Positions 23,179 through 36,647 are shown, counted from the first letter of the stretch. The stretch: DNA of 64,000 bases from Dicyema japonicum (GCA_011109175.1 RDEW01000041.1:469288-533287); one strand, 5' to 3'. Notes: generated by a model from the sequence alone, not told the origin. Made by a program: numbers and translations.

Positions 23179-26100
23179 ATGAACACCATCATTATATGTG
23201 CTTGCGTTAAAAATATTCGAAAACTGTGATGAGACAAAATTCAAAAATTAAGCGAAAAATCGAACAAAATGTTTTAAAAGATTTAAAGAACTTGGATATT
23301 TGAAAGATTTCACTTAAGAAGAGTTCGCAAATCAAATATCTACAAGATTTCAAATGTTGTACAGAAAAATATTTTCTGCATTGAATTTAGTAAACAAAAT
23401 GTTGACGTTAAAGACATTGTCAAGATGATTCAAGTTTATCCGAATTTATCGAATATTAAAATATGCGAAATAACTTCATCGAAAAGAAACCTTCACTACC
23501 ATTCTCACCCAATAACGTCCAATCATTCTCACTTCAAAAATGATGACCCAGATTTGCTATATTGCCTATTTATNACATTTCCAAACTAAACAATGGTCTT
23601 ATTCTCCTTTCACGTTGCAAGGCTCCGATCCATGTTGTCTCAAAATAGGTCAGAATATCTCCCAATACGTAATCAGTCTCGTCATCTATAGTTTCAAGTA
23701 GCGATCGGAAACTCTCAATGACTTGAGTTACATGAACGGCCAAATGTCTATCGGCCTAATATCTGTCTGCCAAATGTCCTTGTACCGATTATACCAATTC
23801 TCAAGTCTGGAAAGCGCTTTGCCAAAACTGCTTGATCTTCCCAAAATCAAGACTACTTCTAAATGGGATCCCAAAAGGCTTCCCTTTATCTGTTCTCCTC
23901 TATAACTTATTTCTACATGACTTACCTACTACCAAAGATCAGGAAACCATGTTTTTATCTTACGCGGACTACCTACTATCGAAGCAAGGGATAGATCTCC
24001 CTCCGTGGCTGTGACGGTGATCACATCTCAACCCATGAGTGTCACTGGCTATCCGCAAATATGTTCTCTTATCTGCATCCAAGTCTCAGTTCATTCTCTC
24101 CACTTAAGACAAGAGATTTAAGGATGGACTCGAGATATTCTTTGGAGACATCCCTATCCTTCTACATGAATCCAATAACTATCGACACTTTAAAAACGTT
24201 TTCCAGTCACATGGAGGAAGTGTTAACCAAGGGGCTACGTAAGTGGTACTATTATAAAGAAGAGTCCTTTCCCACCTACAAGATTTCAAATGTTGTACAG
24301 AAAAATATTTTCTGCATTGAATTTAGTAAACAAAATGTTGACGTTAAAGACATTGTCAAGATGATTCAAGATCATCCGAATTTATCGAATATTAAAATAT
24401 GCGAAATAACTTTATCGAAAAAAGTCCTTCACTACCATTCTCACCCAATAACGTCCAATCATTCTCACTTCAAAAATATGATGACCCAGATTTGCTACAT
24501 TGCCTATTTATGACTGGATTTAACAAAATAACATTCCTTGAACTTTTTCGTATCATAAATTACCGTCCATTGACTTTTAAAAATAGCACCTTGAAAATAA
24601 TGGAGAAACTGGAACACATCGAATTTTATAACCTTTCCATCATCGACTTTGAAGAATTTTCTAGAAACTTAAACAGTCCAGAGTCATTGTGGTCTGTTCT
24701 TTTGTAAAATTCCGTTATTTTGCGTACATACAGAAATTATATAGTAACGGTATATATTTGGATTCAGATAATATTAGTTGCCTTTTTGAAAAAGCCAAGA
24801 ACATTACTTTTGTAGATTTATCTGGGAATATTGTCAATGTGCAAGAAGTAACAGAGTAATTAATTCTAGTTATTTTAGCACAGTACCAAAAAACCAATTG
24901 AAGAGAATTCTTTGGGAGAATTTTTTGAGTTACAGTGAAGATATAAACGAATCAGTAAATTGACGAAATAATGTAGAATGATCGAGAATCAGCTGTAAAT
25001 AACGCAGTCAAGTCTTTCGAACATATATCCTGGGATGTTTTACACGGAAGTAACGAAGTATTGGATATATCCTCGATGATTTAACAACATGAAAATTAAG
25101 AGTATCTTTTTAAACCGATTTTTGAAAGTATTTTGAAATATTATTATAGCTTCTCTATCAGAGTTTTAAGAGTAAGTACAGAGATCCAAATGTTTTTATG
25201 TAATTGAATTTTTTTACTCAGATTTATTCTAACTGGGATTACAGAAATACATGAGATTTCGTATTCTAATCGTTGGTATACGTTGGTCTCATTTTTAGTT
25301 TAATTTATTATACTGTTCTTAAAATTCTTAGTAATCACCTGATTCAGGAAGTTTCCGTAATTTAACTTTTAAGGCTATTCCTTCCTGTGTATACTTAATC
25401 CTCGATTTAAATCCATGGAACACATCTATCTTCGTTTGCTAATTTTTTATTTTAGCTGCCTGCACTGTCATTCATGTTTTTTAAAATGTCCAAATTGGAA
25501 GACCGTGCAGCTTATATAAGAAATGGGTGTCAGCCTATAATGAAAAAATTAAGTATCGAATTTTTATCTTATTTGGGGCACTTGGGACTTGTCAGAGTTT
25601 ACAAAATAAATAATCTTAGTACTGCTTTGAACGTATTAAAGCATTCTACCTCAAGACTTATGACGTATTGAATGTGCTGAACTACCTGTTAGGTACTAAA
25701 TACATTTAGTTAGATGAAAATGAAACGAATGTAAATTTGTTTATTGACTTGGGTGGAATTGGGTCAATTTGTAAAATTTTCGAAAGAATCCCATCAAAAT
25801 GTCGTGAAGAAATTATAATTCCACTTCTTGAAACTACGGAAATTCTAGCTAAATTTTCGAAATCTAGACGTTTACTGGGGAAATGCAGAATAATAGAATA
25901 TTTATTGTAAACTTGTTCAATCATTAAAAGTGATCTTGTTTACGATGAATCCAATTTTATTATTTCCTATTTAGCCAGGAGTTGTATGTGTCTCGTTTTC
26001 AAATGATGTCTCCCCTACAATCATAAATTTGGATATAGGTGATGCGATTCGACGAGAAGTGATTCTTGATAAGATTTTTCAATTTATTAAAGAATATCCT

Positions 26101-26433
26101 CATGAAGCCCATTGTGATATCGATAGAAGGTTGCTCAAATTTAAATGTTCAGTTTGACGTCAACAATAACATTATTAAGCGTGTAACACAGATGAGCGAA
26201 TTTGGCTCTGGGCTTTGTGGGAATGCTACTTTGACAACTGAATCTCGTTATCTTTATTTTGATAATAGCAAATGTATTTATGTACAAGTTGATTCCGCAT
26301 GGCATTATTCAGAAAATTGAGAATGTATGTGTACACTCCAACATGGAAGAGATCCATTATTATACTGAAATTTTTAGAACAAATTACAATGTTTTAATTT
26401 TTGTAATTTTATAATTACATTAATCAGCATTAA
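23179..26433 (+). pseudogene. ZYG11/ZER1-like paralog C, copy 1 (split by a 1-N gap and a duplicated segment)
   Basis: Spliced product includes VLNVLNYLLDENETNVNLFIDLGG..ILAKFSKSRRLL..IISYLARSCMCLVFND..DIDRSLTSTITLLS..DERIWLWALWE..NYINQH*. Introns at 25597-25619, 25907-25930, 26130-26152 and 26247-26268, among others. Confidence 0.78.
23575..24278. repeat. Duplicate of about 21325-22030 (MULE and RT scraps), joined to paralog C through 'ctaca' microhomology
   Basis: Near-identical sequence that begins right after the single N at 23574. Confidence 0.8.
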
Positions 26434-27006
26434 GGCAAGTCTGCAAACATCCTACAGTCAATTGATTTCCTTATTAAAAATAATTTATCTAACTAAGCTT
26501 TCTTATTTTAATGTCTCCACATTAACCACTAATTTCAGTTTATCGCATTTTTCTTCTGAACAAAGACAAACTGTGGGACTTTGGAAGCATAAGATGCGCA
26601 AATTTAATGATAAAAAGCTTTGAATTCACTGATGTTGTGGATTAGAAACTACTGAAAAACTTGAGGAAATTACATAGTAATCGCCTCATTAAGAAGGAAA
26701 TGGAATTAATTCTAGATTTAGCTGCGAGAAACCCAAAACTTTTTAGCAAAAAGACAAAAATAGGACTCTGCTACTATGGATTAACTAGGGACTGATCCGT
26801 TCCATTGTACGTTTACGATAACAATTAATGACATCAACATAGATTTTTTAAGTGAAAGCAGATCCGTATTCATTACTTAGTTTCATTAATGAGGGTTAAA
26901 TTCCAACTTAGCTGATTCTGTGTCAAATCCAAATATATCACTTGACGGCTATGTAGTTATTGAATTTGTCGGTAATTTTTTGTTTTTAATGATAATAATC
27001 ATTACC

Positions 27007-27330
27007 TCATCTTTGCTCTGTGTTCTTCCCTTGTGCTTCCTGAATTTTCAGGGCCACCTTCACGTGATCTGGAGACAAGCCAAGTTCTTCAATGTCATGT
27101 GAGATTCTTTCGCTGAGTAGAGCATACACATTTATTATTGTGATGAGTTCTCTAGATTCTTGAGAAAGTATGTTTTCATTCGACCCATAAGTGGCCGTGG
27201 AGTCAATAAAAACGATTCTTTGGACTGCAAGACCCAGTCCATAGTGTCTTGAGTCGGGATAGTTTCTTGTAGGTAGCACACTGTTAAACCTTATGCTTTT
27301 AGGTCCTCAAGTAGTTACTCTTTTGTATTT
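27007..27330 (-). mobile_element. RTE-like APE endonuclease fragment
   Basis: Frameshifted LTVCYLQET, HYGLGLAV and ITIINVYAL match the xxQET, GVGF and YAP motifs of APE. Confidence 0.6.
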
Positions 27331-28409
27331 TTGCGCAATTCCCAGAACATTGAAAAGAGAGTCGTTCCGAATGCTTTAAGACATAAAGCGCAAGATTGAT
27401 ATGCCACCACCTCAACCTTTGTCAGTTTAATTGTCCATTTTGATAATTTTTGTTTTACAAATATTTAAAATTTAAAATATAATTATTAATAAATAAAAGA
27501 AAATTTACCTGGCGAGGTTTCATTATGGCATGGAGCCAGTTTTTGTTGTTTCTAAACAATTTTTTATTCTCTGCAGAAACAAAAGAATTTAATTCTGATG
27601 TTACTTGTTGATATTTCGAAAGGAAAGTGGCAGATGTGGACTCATGTCAGTTGAAGAAGACAACAGGAGCCATTGTATTAAGTCAACCTTCATATACAAG
27701 AAAGAGGAGTCCTGGGATTAAGAAAAGAAGGCAATCATTGAGATGAGATGGTTTATATAGTCCTTTACATATGAATGTGAGGGCTTGTTTTTTTATAATA
27801 TTGATCGCATCATCTCGGTCATGGAGGTCAACAACTGAGCAATTAAGTTTATTATCAGAAGAGGCTGGATAGGGTTTTAATGAAGAAAAGAGCCTTGAGA
27901 ATCATCCAGTACAAGTTATTGAAAGTTAACTCAGATTTTCGACTAGTGTGTACGACTACAAGAGGAGTATTAAAGAGTAACGAGAATGTTTTCTAGAGTT
28001 CATTCACAAGGTTAGACGTAAGAAATAAAAGTAGAGTGCATCATGTCCCGTCATATTTAACAGTCTCATAAATTCTACCTTACATAATCAATATTTGATG
28101 TTTATAGTTAAATATGCATGGTCAACTGGCCTAGTGGTTGGTTGATCACCAAAACCCAAAGTTCTTAGAATATAAACAAAATTAGGTCCATAAAAGGAAA
28201 AAGGACCGTTTTTTATGTGAATAATTCAATTCTTTTGGTTATGTAGTACTTGTCGTACGTTTAATTCATCAATGAAGAAGATTTTATCAAACATCACATG
28301 AACATTCGCCAGAGTTCATATCCTATACGACAATAAATTTTTTGAATAAAAAAAATTTTAATGCAAAAACTATCAACTACTGGCTTCTATCATAATGTTC
28401 ACCATGTCG

Positions 28410-28980
28410 GCTAGTCAGAACTCGGAAGCGTGGGATTTCCTCCTCTGGTTGTGGAAATTTCTTTCACCTGGGGTGTGTCAGCTATCCAAAGCCGCAGCGA
28501 GCGCGCTTTGAGTTGGCCATTCATGCCTTTTCCTATTCAGGGGGGTTCCCTATATTTACGCCACTGTTAACTCTCCTGTTAATTACACATAAACCACTGA
28601 CCCCGATACATTCCTGCGCCTCATCTCTGAGCGAAGTTCTTTACAGACTATCCCGGTAAAGATCCCCAAGGCTGTTCGCCCTGTCACTGCTAAGACCCTT
28701 TCCAATACAATCGAATATTCCTCCGGACTAAAGCTATACAGGATTAGGTGCGAATTCTCAGTGTTGTGCTTCTCACACTGGAATTGATCTAGATGGTCAC
28801 GAGAAGAAGTCTCTCGCTACCGCCATGAGGACCAACATTCGTTATTTTAGATGAAAGAAAAAATCCTGTATAGCTTTAGTCCGGGAGAGAATGTTCGATT
28901 GTATTGGAAAGGGTCTTAGCAGTGACAGGGCGAACAGACTTGGGGATCTTTACAGGGATAGTCTGTAAAGAACATTCGTT
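28410..28980 (+). mobile_element. Degenerate CRE 5' fragment (PHD remnant and IPVKIPKA) with an internal inverted duplication
   Basis: RGISSSGCGNFFHLGC; PDTFLRLISERSSLQTIPVKIPKAVRP aligns with CRE-1 PDSLLKIINERRSSRSIPVKIPKAARP. Confidence 0.75.
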
Positions 28981-29199
28981 CCACTAGGCCAGTTGACCAT
29001 GCATATTTAACTATAAACATCAAATATTGATTATGTAAGGTAGAATTTATGAGACTGTTAAATATGACGGGACATGAAATTTTGTGAAATTCCTGATTTT
29101 CCCACGTTCTCATTGGAAAGCGGAATGTAAAACTAATTGTCTAAAAACTAAAGACCACTCAAAATAATTTGGGTTGCCAAAAGGCAATTATAACTAAAC

Positions 29200-30805
29200 A
29201 ATAGATTCAAAATAAAGATGAATAGCAACAGTGATAGAAAATCTTTATAATTGTTCCACTTTCGTCATGATTATTCGAAACATGAAATTTCTAGTATGAA
29301 CCCTAATTATAGTTCGGAGAGAAGAGTTTTTGTTTAGTATTAAAATGGTTGATACAAAGAACTCAAAAGACTTCAGTCATTTTCAACGACTTGTCATTTG
29401 CGCCACAATATGCACTAAATCTAATAATAAATCAGTCCAGTTGTCACATGAAGGAAACCGGTCCATGTTGTACTTTAAGTGCAGGATATGTAACCGCTTA
29501 AATAATTCATAGGTATTCTTTAAAACCTGAATGGGTGGAATGCCCATGTCAGAATCTTATTGATGGTTTGAGTTCATGTTGACTTAGTCTTATTAATGAA
29601 GTTATTCTTGTTGCTTGAAGTGCTAATTGCTGTGATCACGAGGTAGTCAATGTTTTACATTTTTAGTTCAGAAGAATATTATAAACAATTGTGGACGTCA
29701 TTAAACCGTGGTAGTTATCGAATTGTGCATACAAATTTAGATTTTGTCTTTTTCGTTTTTTATTCAAACATTCATGAAAAATATCAACACGCACATTGAG
29801 GAATTTGTCGAGGATCATGATGTCATGCATCCTCTAATTAAGAGTCAAAGTATTGGGTTTTGTCTTATTTGAGATTTTACGGAACAATCGAGGTAAAGAT
29901 AACCTAAATTTAGTCAGTTGTGTGTAATATCAGAAAATACAAACAACTATTAGCTTCTCCGAATTGTAATATGTCTTGGAGAATTTTGTGGTATCTTTTA
30001 GATGACCTTGTTTTACGTACGTGCTAGATGCAAACAGAGTAAATGCCATGTTGTTTGTTTAATTGGAGGATTGATCTTATTCTAGAATTCTTTTTACATT
30101 TTCCTGAAAATGATATCATTTTGCAAGATTAATTGCTATTTTTTAAGTTTTTTTTAATATTGAAAATCTAAGTAAAGTCAGGGAAATGTGACACCTGCTA
30201 CGGAATAGTGGATTGGTTGCTTATATATTGTATGTCTGTGTGATTATGTTAGGGACTATGTCTATGACGATTATTGGTCGACAAATCAGTGACTCTACGA
30301 AGACAATCAATTGGTTTCATAATTACTTTTTGAGGATTTTAATTTTTGTCTTCAACGTCCTGGCAGACATGTGCATATTTAATATCGTGGATTTTATGGA
30401 TTTCCGAAAAACGGTTGAGAAACACTGTTTTATTGAAACATTCTCAGATACATTAAGTAGGTGAGTCTCGATTATTCTTGTTAGCCTTTATTTATCTCTG
30501 ATGAATCAGTTTTTCACTATAAAATCATATTTTCTATTTGAAAATGTTTGTTCAACAAACAACACAGATTCATCACAGCAAAAAACATTAGGTTGACTAA
30601 ATATTCAATTTGATTGGATTCCTCAATAAAATTTGTTAAAGAGTTTTACGACGCTGATAATCTTGAATAATATACCATGGCTCTTTTTGAATCTACTAAC
30701 AATCTAAGAATCTGAAAGTTCCGTGATCTCTTAACCAACAATGCACAAAATTTCTTTCCTTGCTTTTAGCCTCATAAAATTAGTCTGTTATTTTTTGATA
30801 AATAT
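29200..30805 (+). pseudogene. ZYG11/ZER1-like paralog D, copy 2
   Basis: Near-identical to 2493-3985, with ENLSKVREM and the same micro-introns. Confidence 0.6.
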
Positions 30806-30809
30806 TTTT

Positions 30810-31600
30810 TGAGAGTAACTGACAATCCTCGTCATACAAGAATTTTGGACTTTTATTCACAGTTTGATGATTTCGCCGAATTCGAGCATACATATTTAAA
30901 GAGTCAATGTATCACAATCGTTAAGATATTTAACCTAACCAGTATACTTTTCCGGTCAAATATGATATTTAGCCACAAAAAAGTTATAGACAATTAAAGA
31001 TCTTATGCTGAAAGCTACGACGAAGTATTTTTGAGGATAAAAATAATCGTGTTCATAGAACAGGATCCATTAGGAAACACGTCGGTGAATCAAATCGTTC
31101 CTAGTAATTCTTCATATTCACTTCCTTGATGGTCCTGAGCAAGCAATAAGTAATCTCAGGAGTCTGTCTCTACTATTTTTTATTTTCAAAAGCCTATATG
31201 ACACGGATAGACATTAATTCGTTAACTTAATGCCCAGATTCGTTTTTGGCAGAAAGTAAATTTTTCCACAGTGTTTCTTTGAGGTCAAAATGGTCTCCGG
31301 ATTTTAAATTTCATTGCGACGTCCAAGCGATTTGAAATTCTCAACGGAAAAGTCGGATAGAAATTTTTCTGTTTCTTCTCGAAATAAATCCCATTTTGCA
31401 CGTTTGTAATTTGTTATAGTTTTCCGGTGCTTAACAATAGGTGCATTGAAGAAACTAGAAAGGAAGACGAAAGGATACCGAAAATCACTAAAGGGTCCTT
31501 TAACAGAGGCCTGAGTGTCAACATTAAAATTCGTAACTGGTCGTCGTCTCTTGTTCAACCCCATATTTTTCAGCTGCGTGACACGCATTCAAAAATTTTA
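30810..31600 (-). mobile_element. Degenerate APE-type LINE fragment (unique in the window)
   Basis: TNYKRAKWDLFREETE is a typical post-endonuclease motif; a weak LNIIFDRK RT C-terminal-like piece lies near 30950. Confidence 0.55.
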
Positions 31601-31729
31601 GAAAAAGAGATCACTAATATGGATACGATAACCTTTCACGGATGTGCAGAGTTGGAAAACCACCTTCGCAAAAAAGGAATGGAAAACCACCTTCGAGTTG
31701 GAAAACCACCTTCGCAAAAAAGGAAAAGT

Positions 31730-32400
31730 AGAAGTTTTTTGACGGAGAAAATATCCTCCTTGGATTCACACATCTCTTTATTCATGCTGAGAGAAATGCA
31801 TTACTATGTCGAACGTTATGTACCTCTTTAGAAGATCTCCTTGTTTGACCATCGAAGTTACAACTATTAGCGGATAATACGATGGGAAAGTCAGAGGAGT
31901 CAATTCTAAACGTTAAGTTCGATAAGCTAGGATGAAGAATGTGCAAGCGTCCTTTGATGACTGGGAACATTGGGTGAAGGTGCACCGCGGAAACTGCTCT
32001 ATCTGCTTACCTCTCATCGCTTGTGAGCAATAGTCGTTTGGACCAAGGAATCCTACGTAACGCAACTGGACTTACCTTAGGCTTAGAGTTCGATTGAGTT
32101 TGTATGTTGTAAGGAAGACGGAATAAAATTCCTAATTGACATTGCTTGCAAGGGAAACTGGGACTCTATCACGACTACAAGGTTGTTGGAAATTGCGAAG
32201 ATAGAAGTTAACCAACAGCGGCTCGCTTGTATCATGTTGATAGAAGTGGGATCTGATTGAAGTCCTACCATGCTCGACTCATGGAATACTCCTTGACAAG
32301 AGTGGCACTGCGACTCAGATGTATGGACAAAGATACCGTTGTGGAATGAATTTATTTGTATCCAAGGATTGAAGATAAAAGAGAGATTTTTCAACTAAGT
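31730..32400 (+). mobile_element. Highly degenerate CRE C-terminal fragment
   Basis: SLDSHISLFML, NVMYLFRRSP, ILNVKFD, ETALSAYLSSL, NQQRLAC and VALRL align colinearly with CRE-1 LLDLHTALFLL, RISYLLRTAP, IFNVRFD, SLPAHLSSL and NQHRRAC. Confidence 0.65.
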
Positions 32401-32949
32401 GATCCCGGGTCTTGAGACACATCCTATCAAAAAATCGACTCGATATAAATAAAGTTATGGAAGCTTCTATTTAGGAGTAGGAGTCCCTTGTTGTATTTGG
32501 GAGACTCTGGGTCTTTTACCTTTTCTAAAACATCGGTTTGACAGTCTCAATGTGGAAGAAATTGGAGAGGGCCGGAAACCGACCTTACTCTCTACCTAAA
32601 TTTACATTGACGCATCCGATAAAATAAAATACATAAAAACTAAAATAACATAAAACTATTTGAAAACAAAAGGGGCTCATGTGGAAGCCTAGTCACTATT
32701 GTAAAGAAGGATATATCCTTTAAGGACACAAGTCCACTAACCTCCGAGCTTTTGGTCTGGCACAACAATATGGAACAGATTACAATCAAACTAAAGCCGT
32801 TTCTATTTTTTGGATAACTTTGGTCAATTTTTACATTCCTCAAAGAGGATCCTGTGAACGTCCTACACACACAATCTATCCCGCCTCTCAACACTGAAGA
32901 ACTACTAATATAATGACTTTAATGAGGAATCCTCATTTTGTTTGCATTC

Positions 32950-33990
32950 CTCTGACAACAGATGCTATCTAATCAAAAATGGTCTCATCGATATTATTGA
33001 CTTGCAAAGTGAGGACTATTGAGACAGCCTTAACTTTGAATGGTGAATTAACTTCAATTCTATAGATTAAAGATTATATTTTCTCAGTTTCTCCAATTTA
33101 TATATTATATAACGATGTTATCCCGCTTGTTCGCTCAATTTCTCCGATTTACTTGTAAATTTTCTGACGATGTTACTCTCACAAAGAATACGAGAGTGTT
33201 TTTTTACTGAACACGAACTGATTTGCTTTATTGTGTTAGACTATTTAATCAGTCTTAATCTATTCTTCTACCGACATTTTCATTTATAACTGAGTGAGTC
33301 TCGAGTTTCATTCGTTCATCAAACCAAACTCTCGAAATATGGAAAAGTAGACGTTGGGCAACTGTTGTAATTCACTTAGCGTCTTAATATATAACTCACA
33401 GTAGGACACACTAAGCATTTATATCGCAAATATTCTTCAATTATAGCCAAATGAGTTTTCGGTGTAATTTCGGCTTGAAGAATTACGTCATTCCTGCTAC
33501 ATGGCACAGTACTGTTCTTTAAATCAATAATTTGTCTCAAAAGTATTTTCTCACTCATATTAGAAAGACCTTATCCAAGGTTATCACGACGAGATATATC
33601 CATTGGCTATTTGAAGAGATATGTTGAATTTGGTTTTGTGAAAACCAAACTCTCAATTCTTCTGTTAACTTCTGTAGATATTATTTTCAACATTTTTGAC
33701 TTTGTTAATCTGACCCTCTATTACTCACATATATTTATATCTTTCAATTAAATCTAGCATCCTTGATACTTTTTATAATAGATCTGAATTATAACCTGTC
33801 TTTTCCAGATTCTTTTCAAAGTAAAAAGCTTTAAAATATATTGTTAACGTCTTCGATCATTTTCATTATAACTTCTTCGTTATTCGAAACAATTTTCAGA
33901 TCATCTAAGGACAGATGAAGGCTAGTCGAAAATGACGAAACTGTTCTATTTCTTGAGTGACTTTTCCAGATTTTTTCGAAATTTCAAAAA
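32950..33990 (-). mobile_element. R4-like non-LTR element, RT motif through RLE, degenerate
   Basis: HLSLDDLK; QAEITPKTHLAII..KCLVC; VTSSENLQV, similar to the IEVGITSQDNLQ signature of R4-like RLE elements. Confidence 0.62.
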
Positions 33991-36300
33991 TCACAAATAA
34001 CATTATCGGATTAATTAGTGACGCAAAAAAATTACAAAAGTGAAAAGCAAACAAGCCAAAGTCGGCCTACACAACACTTCCCGTCATCCGGGAACTACAA
34101 ATATCTACTCATTCACAGTTGAGAACAAGACACTGTGCAGAGCTATAGAATTTGAAATAGATAAGAAATGGCTATAATAGCGATCAACTAAGAGCACATA
34201 ATTGTGAGAACGAAACCCAATAATGGAAACCTGATGAATTCAACCGATTCCATTATGAGATACTCAGACACCCTTGTTGTACTGATATCAGTCATTTCAA
34301 ACTACAAGCGCAATAAAAATCGCCAATATATTGTATCTCCACAATGAGTCAAGATCTATTCTACAAAAAATCTGATAAGACAACCTTTATGGAGACCGTG
34401 GACAATATTTGCTCTTTTGGACTGGAAAACCACAAATTTAGAGAAATAACTTCGAGGTCATCAGAAATTGTAATGAAGAACTTACCCCTTTGGGTGGAAG
34501 ACAGTGACCTCCTGGACTGCCTCCAAGAGTTGGACCTATCCACTACAAAGGTCTCTCGAATTTTCAGAGAAGGACAGACGTTGCCAATGGCCAAGGATTC
34601 AGTATGACAAAAAGCGGAGGCCACATCGTTAATTCGTGCGATTTTTTTATTGGAAGAAACATGGTCACTTGAGAATGGATGCGGTGAGAACCGTTGATTT
34701 GTTATGACTGCCAAAAAATCGGGCACGTTGCGTACCAATGCAAGAATTGTTTCCGCTGTGCAGGAGAACACAACATCTCCGAATGCAAGAAACAACTGTG
34801 TCAACTGTGAATTTACTTAACACGGAGCCAGATATGGAAGATCCCCGTAAAAAACACTTTATACTCGCAGCAATAAAACGGAACAAGACAAGAAAAAGAC
34901 CAATGTTGAATACAACAAGGAAACACCGCTAAAATAAACACGGTCTCAGAGTCAATGAAACCGAGAGAGAAGAATAATCGACCCCCGAAATATTAGGGAC
35001 GAGAATCGGTTCGGCAGACCCAAAATAACATGCCTGAAAAGATCTTCAAGAAGTTAGAAGATATAATCTCAAGATTATAGGAACTCAGTAAAATCCCCGG
35101 AATGGATTTAAAAAAGATGTTGACTTTTGCAATGGAAAGCATCATGAGCTAACACCCTAAAAAAGAGGCGCCACCAAGATTGACGTCTTGGTGGTCAATG
35201 AGAACAAGATAAAAAGACCAATACTACTACTATGGAGAAATACAACTCGATAGAAATACCATGGACGGAAGGTGACACGGCTGATACGGGAACCTCTTAT
35301 ACCGTGATGACCTACAAGCACGGAACCGGAATATCGTCTCGGACACATTATGTGAATTCGTTTCCACCAACCGTTTTACAGAGATTAACGGATTTTTTGA
35401 AAAAATGCAATGTCTATTTTGGTGAGCGACATAAATTCAAAGAACGTCAGTTACAGGTGACACAAGACCAATGGCGACTGACGATACTGAAAATTTATGC
35501 TGAGATCGCATTACATCGGATGAGCTCAACCGTTTTTCTCATTATGGTGGAGACATGTTTAGTGTTTTCCTTGTATCACCGCTACTGTACACCGATGTGG
35601 AGAGACCAAGAACTATGTGTGATATCGGTAGTGACCATTTACCACAGGAACTGGTCTTGAATTTAGTACTAGATGTCATTCACACATCAAATTGAAAGAC
35701 TACAGGAATGACCTCACAAGGAACCTAAAAAAGTGGCGGAGGAACCCATTTCAACAAATGAAATCAAAAATACGAACCACAATCTCACAAACATCATAGG
35801 GACATATTTGCAACTATATGCTAAGAAGAATTCTTGAATGAAAACCGTAACAAATGTTTCCACATTTCACCTATAACCTTGGGACTGATCAAAGAAAAAA
35901 AGTCGACTGAGAACTAAGTTAAGAAGATGTGTTGACCAAATGGACCACATGGCGCTACAAATCGGCTCAAATAACCAAAAGAACCATCGTATGCTGGCAT
36001 TAAGTACGGAGACCTTTCTTTTCATTTACACGAAGATAATCCTACCGAGTTTATTACATGGATGCGAGGCGTGGTACCAATTTACGAAGAAAGAAAGGAT
36101 ATTATCACTACTGGCGAAGTCTAGAAGATCAGCCATAAAGTTAGCCCTGGGCAGAAGACTACGCGACGTCCTGAGTTCTAAAAAAGACGGGAGTCTTGCC
36201 CCAGTGAAGCAAATTGTGAAAAACAGGATTTGTAGATTCCTACGTAAGAACGTACATTAATTTTGGAGATGGGGGAAGTCAAAGACCAGGCCGCAAAGCG
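33990..36300 (+). mobile_element. RT-deleted APE LINE, copy L3 (best-preserved gag knuckles)
   Basis: 34700-34786 encodes CYDCQKIGHVAYQCKNCFRCAGEHNISEC (CX2CX4HX4C followed by CX2CX3HX4C). APE and C-terminal remnants follow. Confidence 0.8.
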
Positions 36301-36647
36301 GACTATTTAAAACCCCTATATCTAACTCCTAATCCTCGAAGTTTGTCGAGATTTATTTTTAATTGACCAGCCTCGATGGACTTTTAGATCATCTAAGAAT
36401 TGTGATATTTGAATGAGTTTGTCAGAAGAATTCTAAATTTTGATTGTTTATATCAATGTTAATGAGATTTTAGAAACAAATTGGTGTTTTGTTCACATCA
36501 GATAATTGTTAAAAACATTTGTATTTGAAAAAAAGTCAGTCTAGCAGAAATAATTAATTAGTCCTAAGTATGAAATTAATTGCCATCAAGTGATGAATAC
36601 GTATTGTTAATAATTTATTAAAAGGGAGATTAGTTAACTTGAAGACT

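Noticed and set aside
23340-24500. Internal duplication of paralog C exon 1 with inserted MULE/RT scraps as a real insertion
   Set aside because: The left junction is a single N (contig join), so these may be two haplotypes or paralogs placed side by side by scaffolding.
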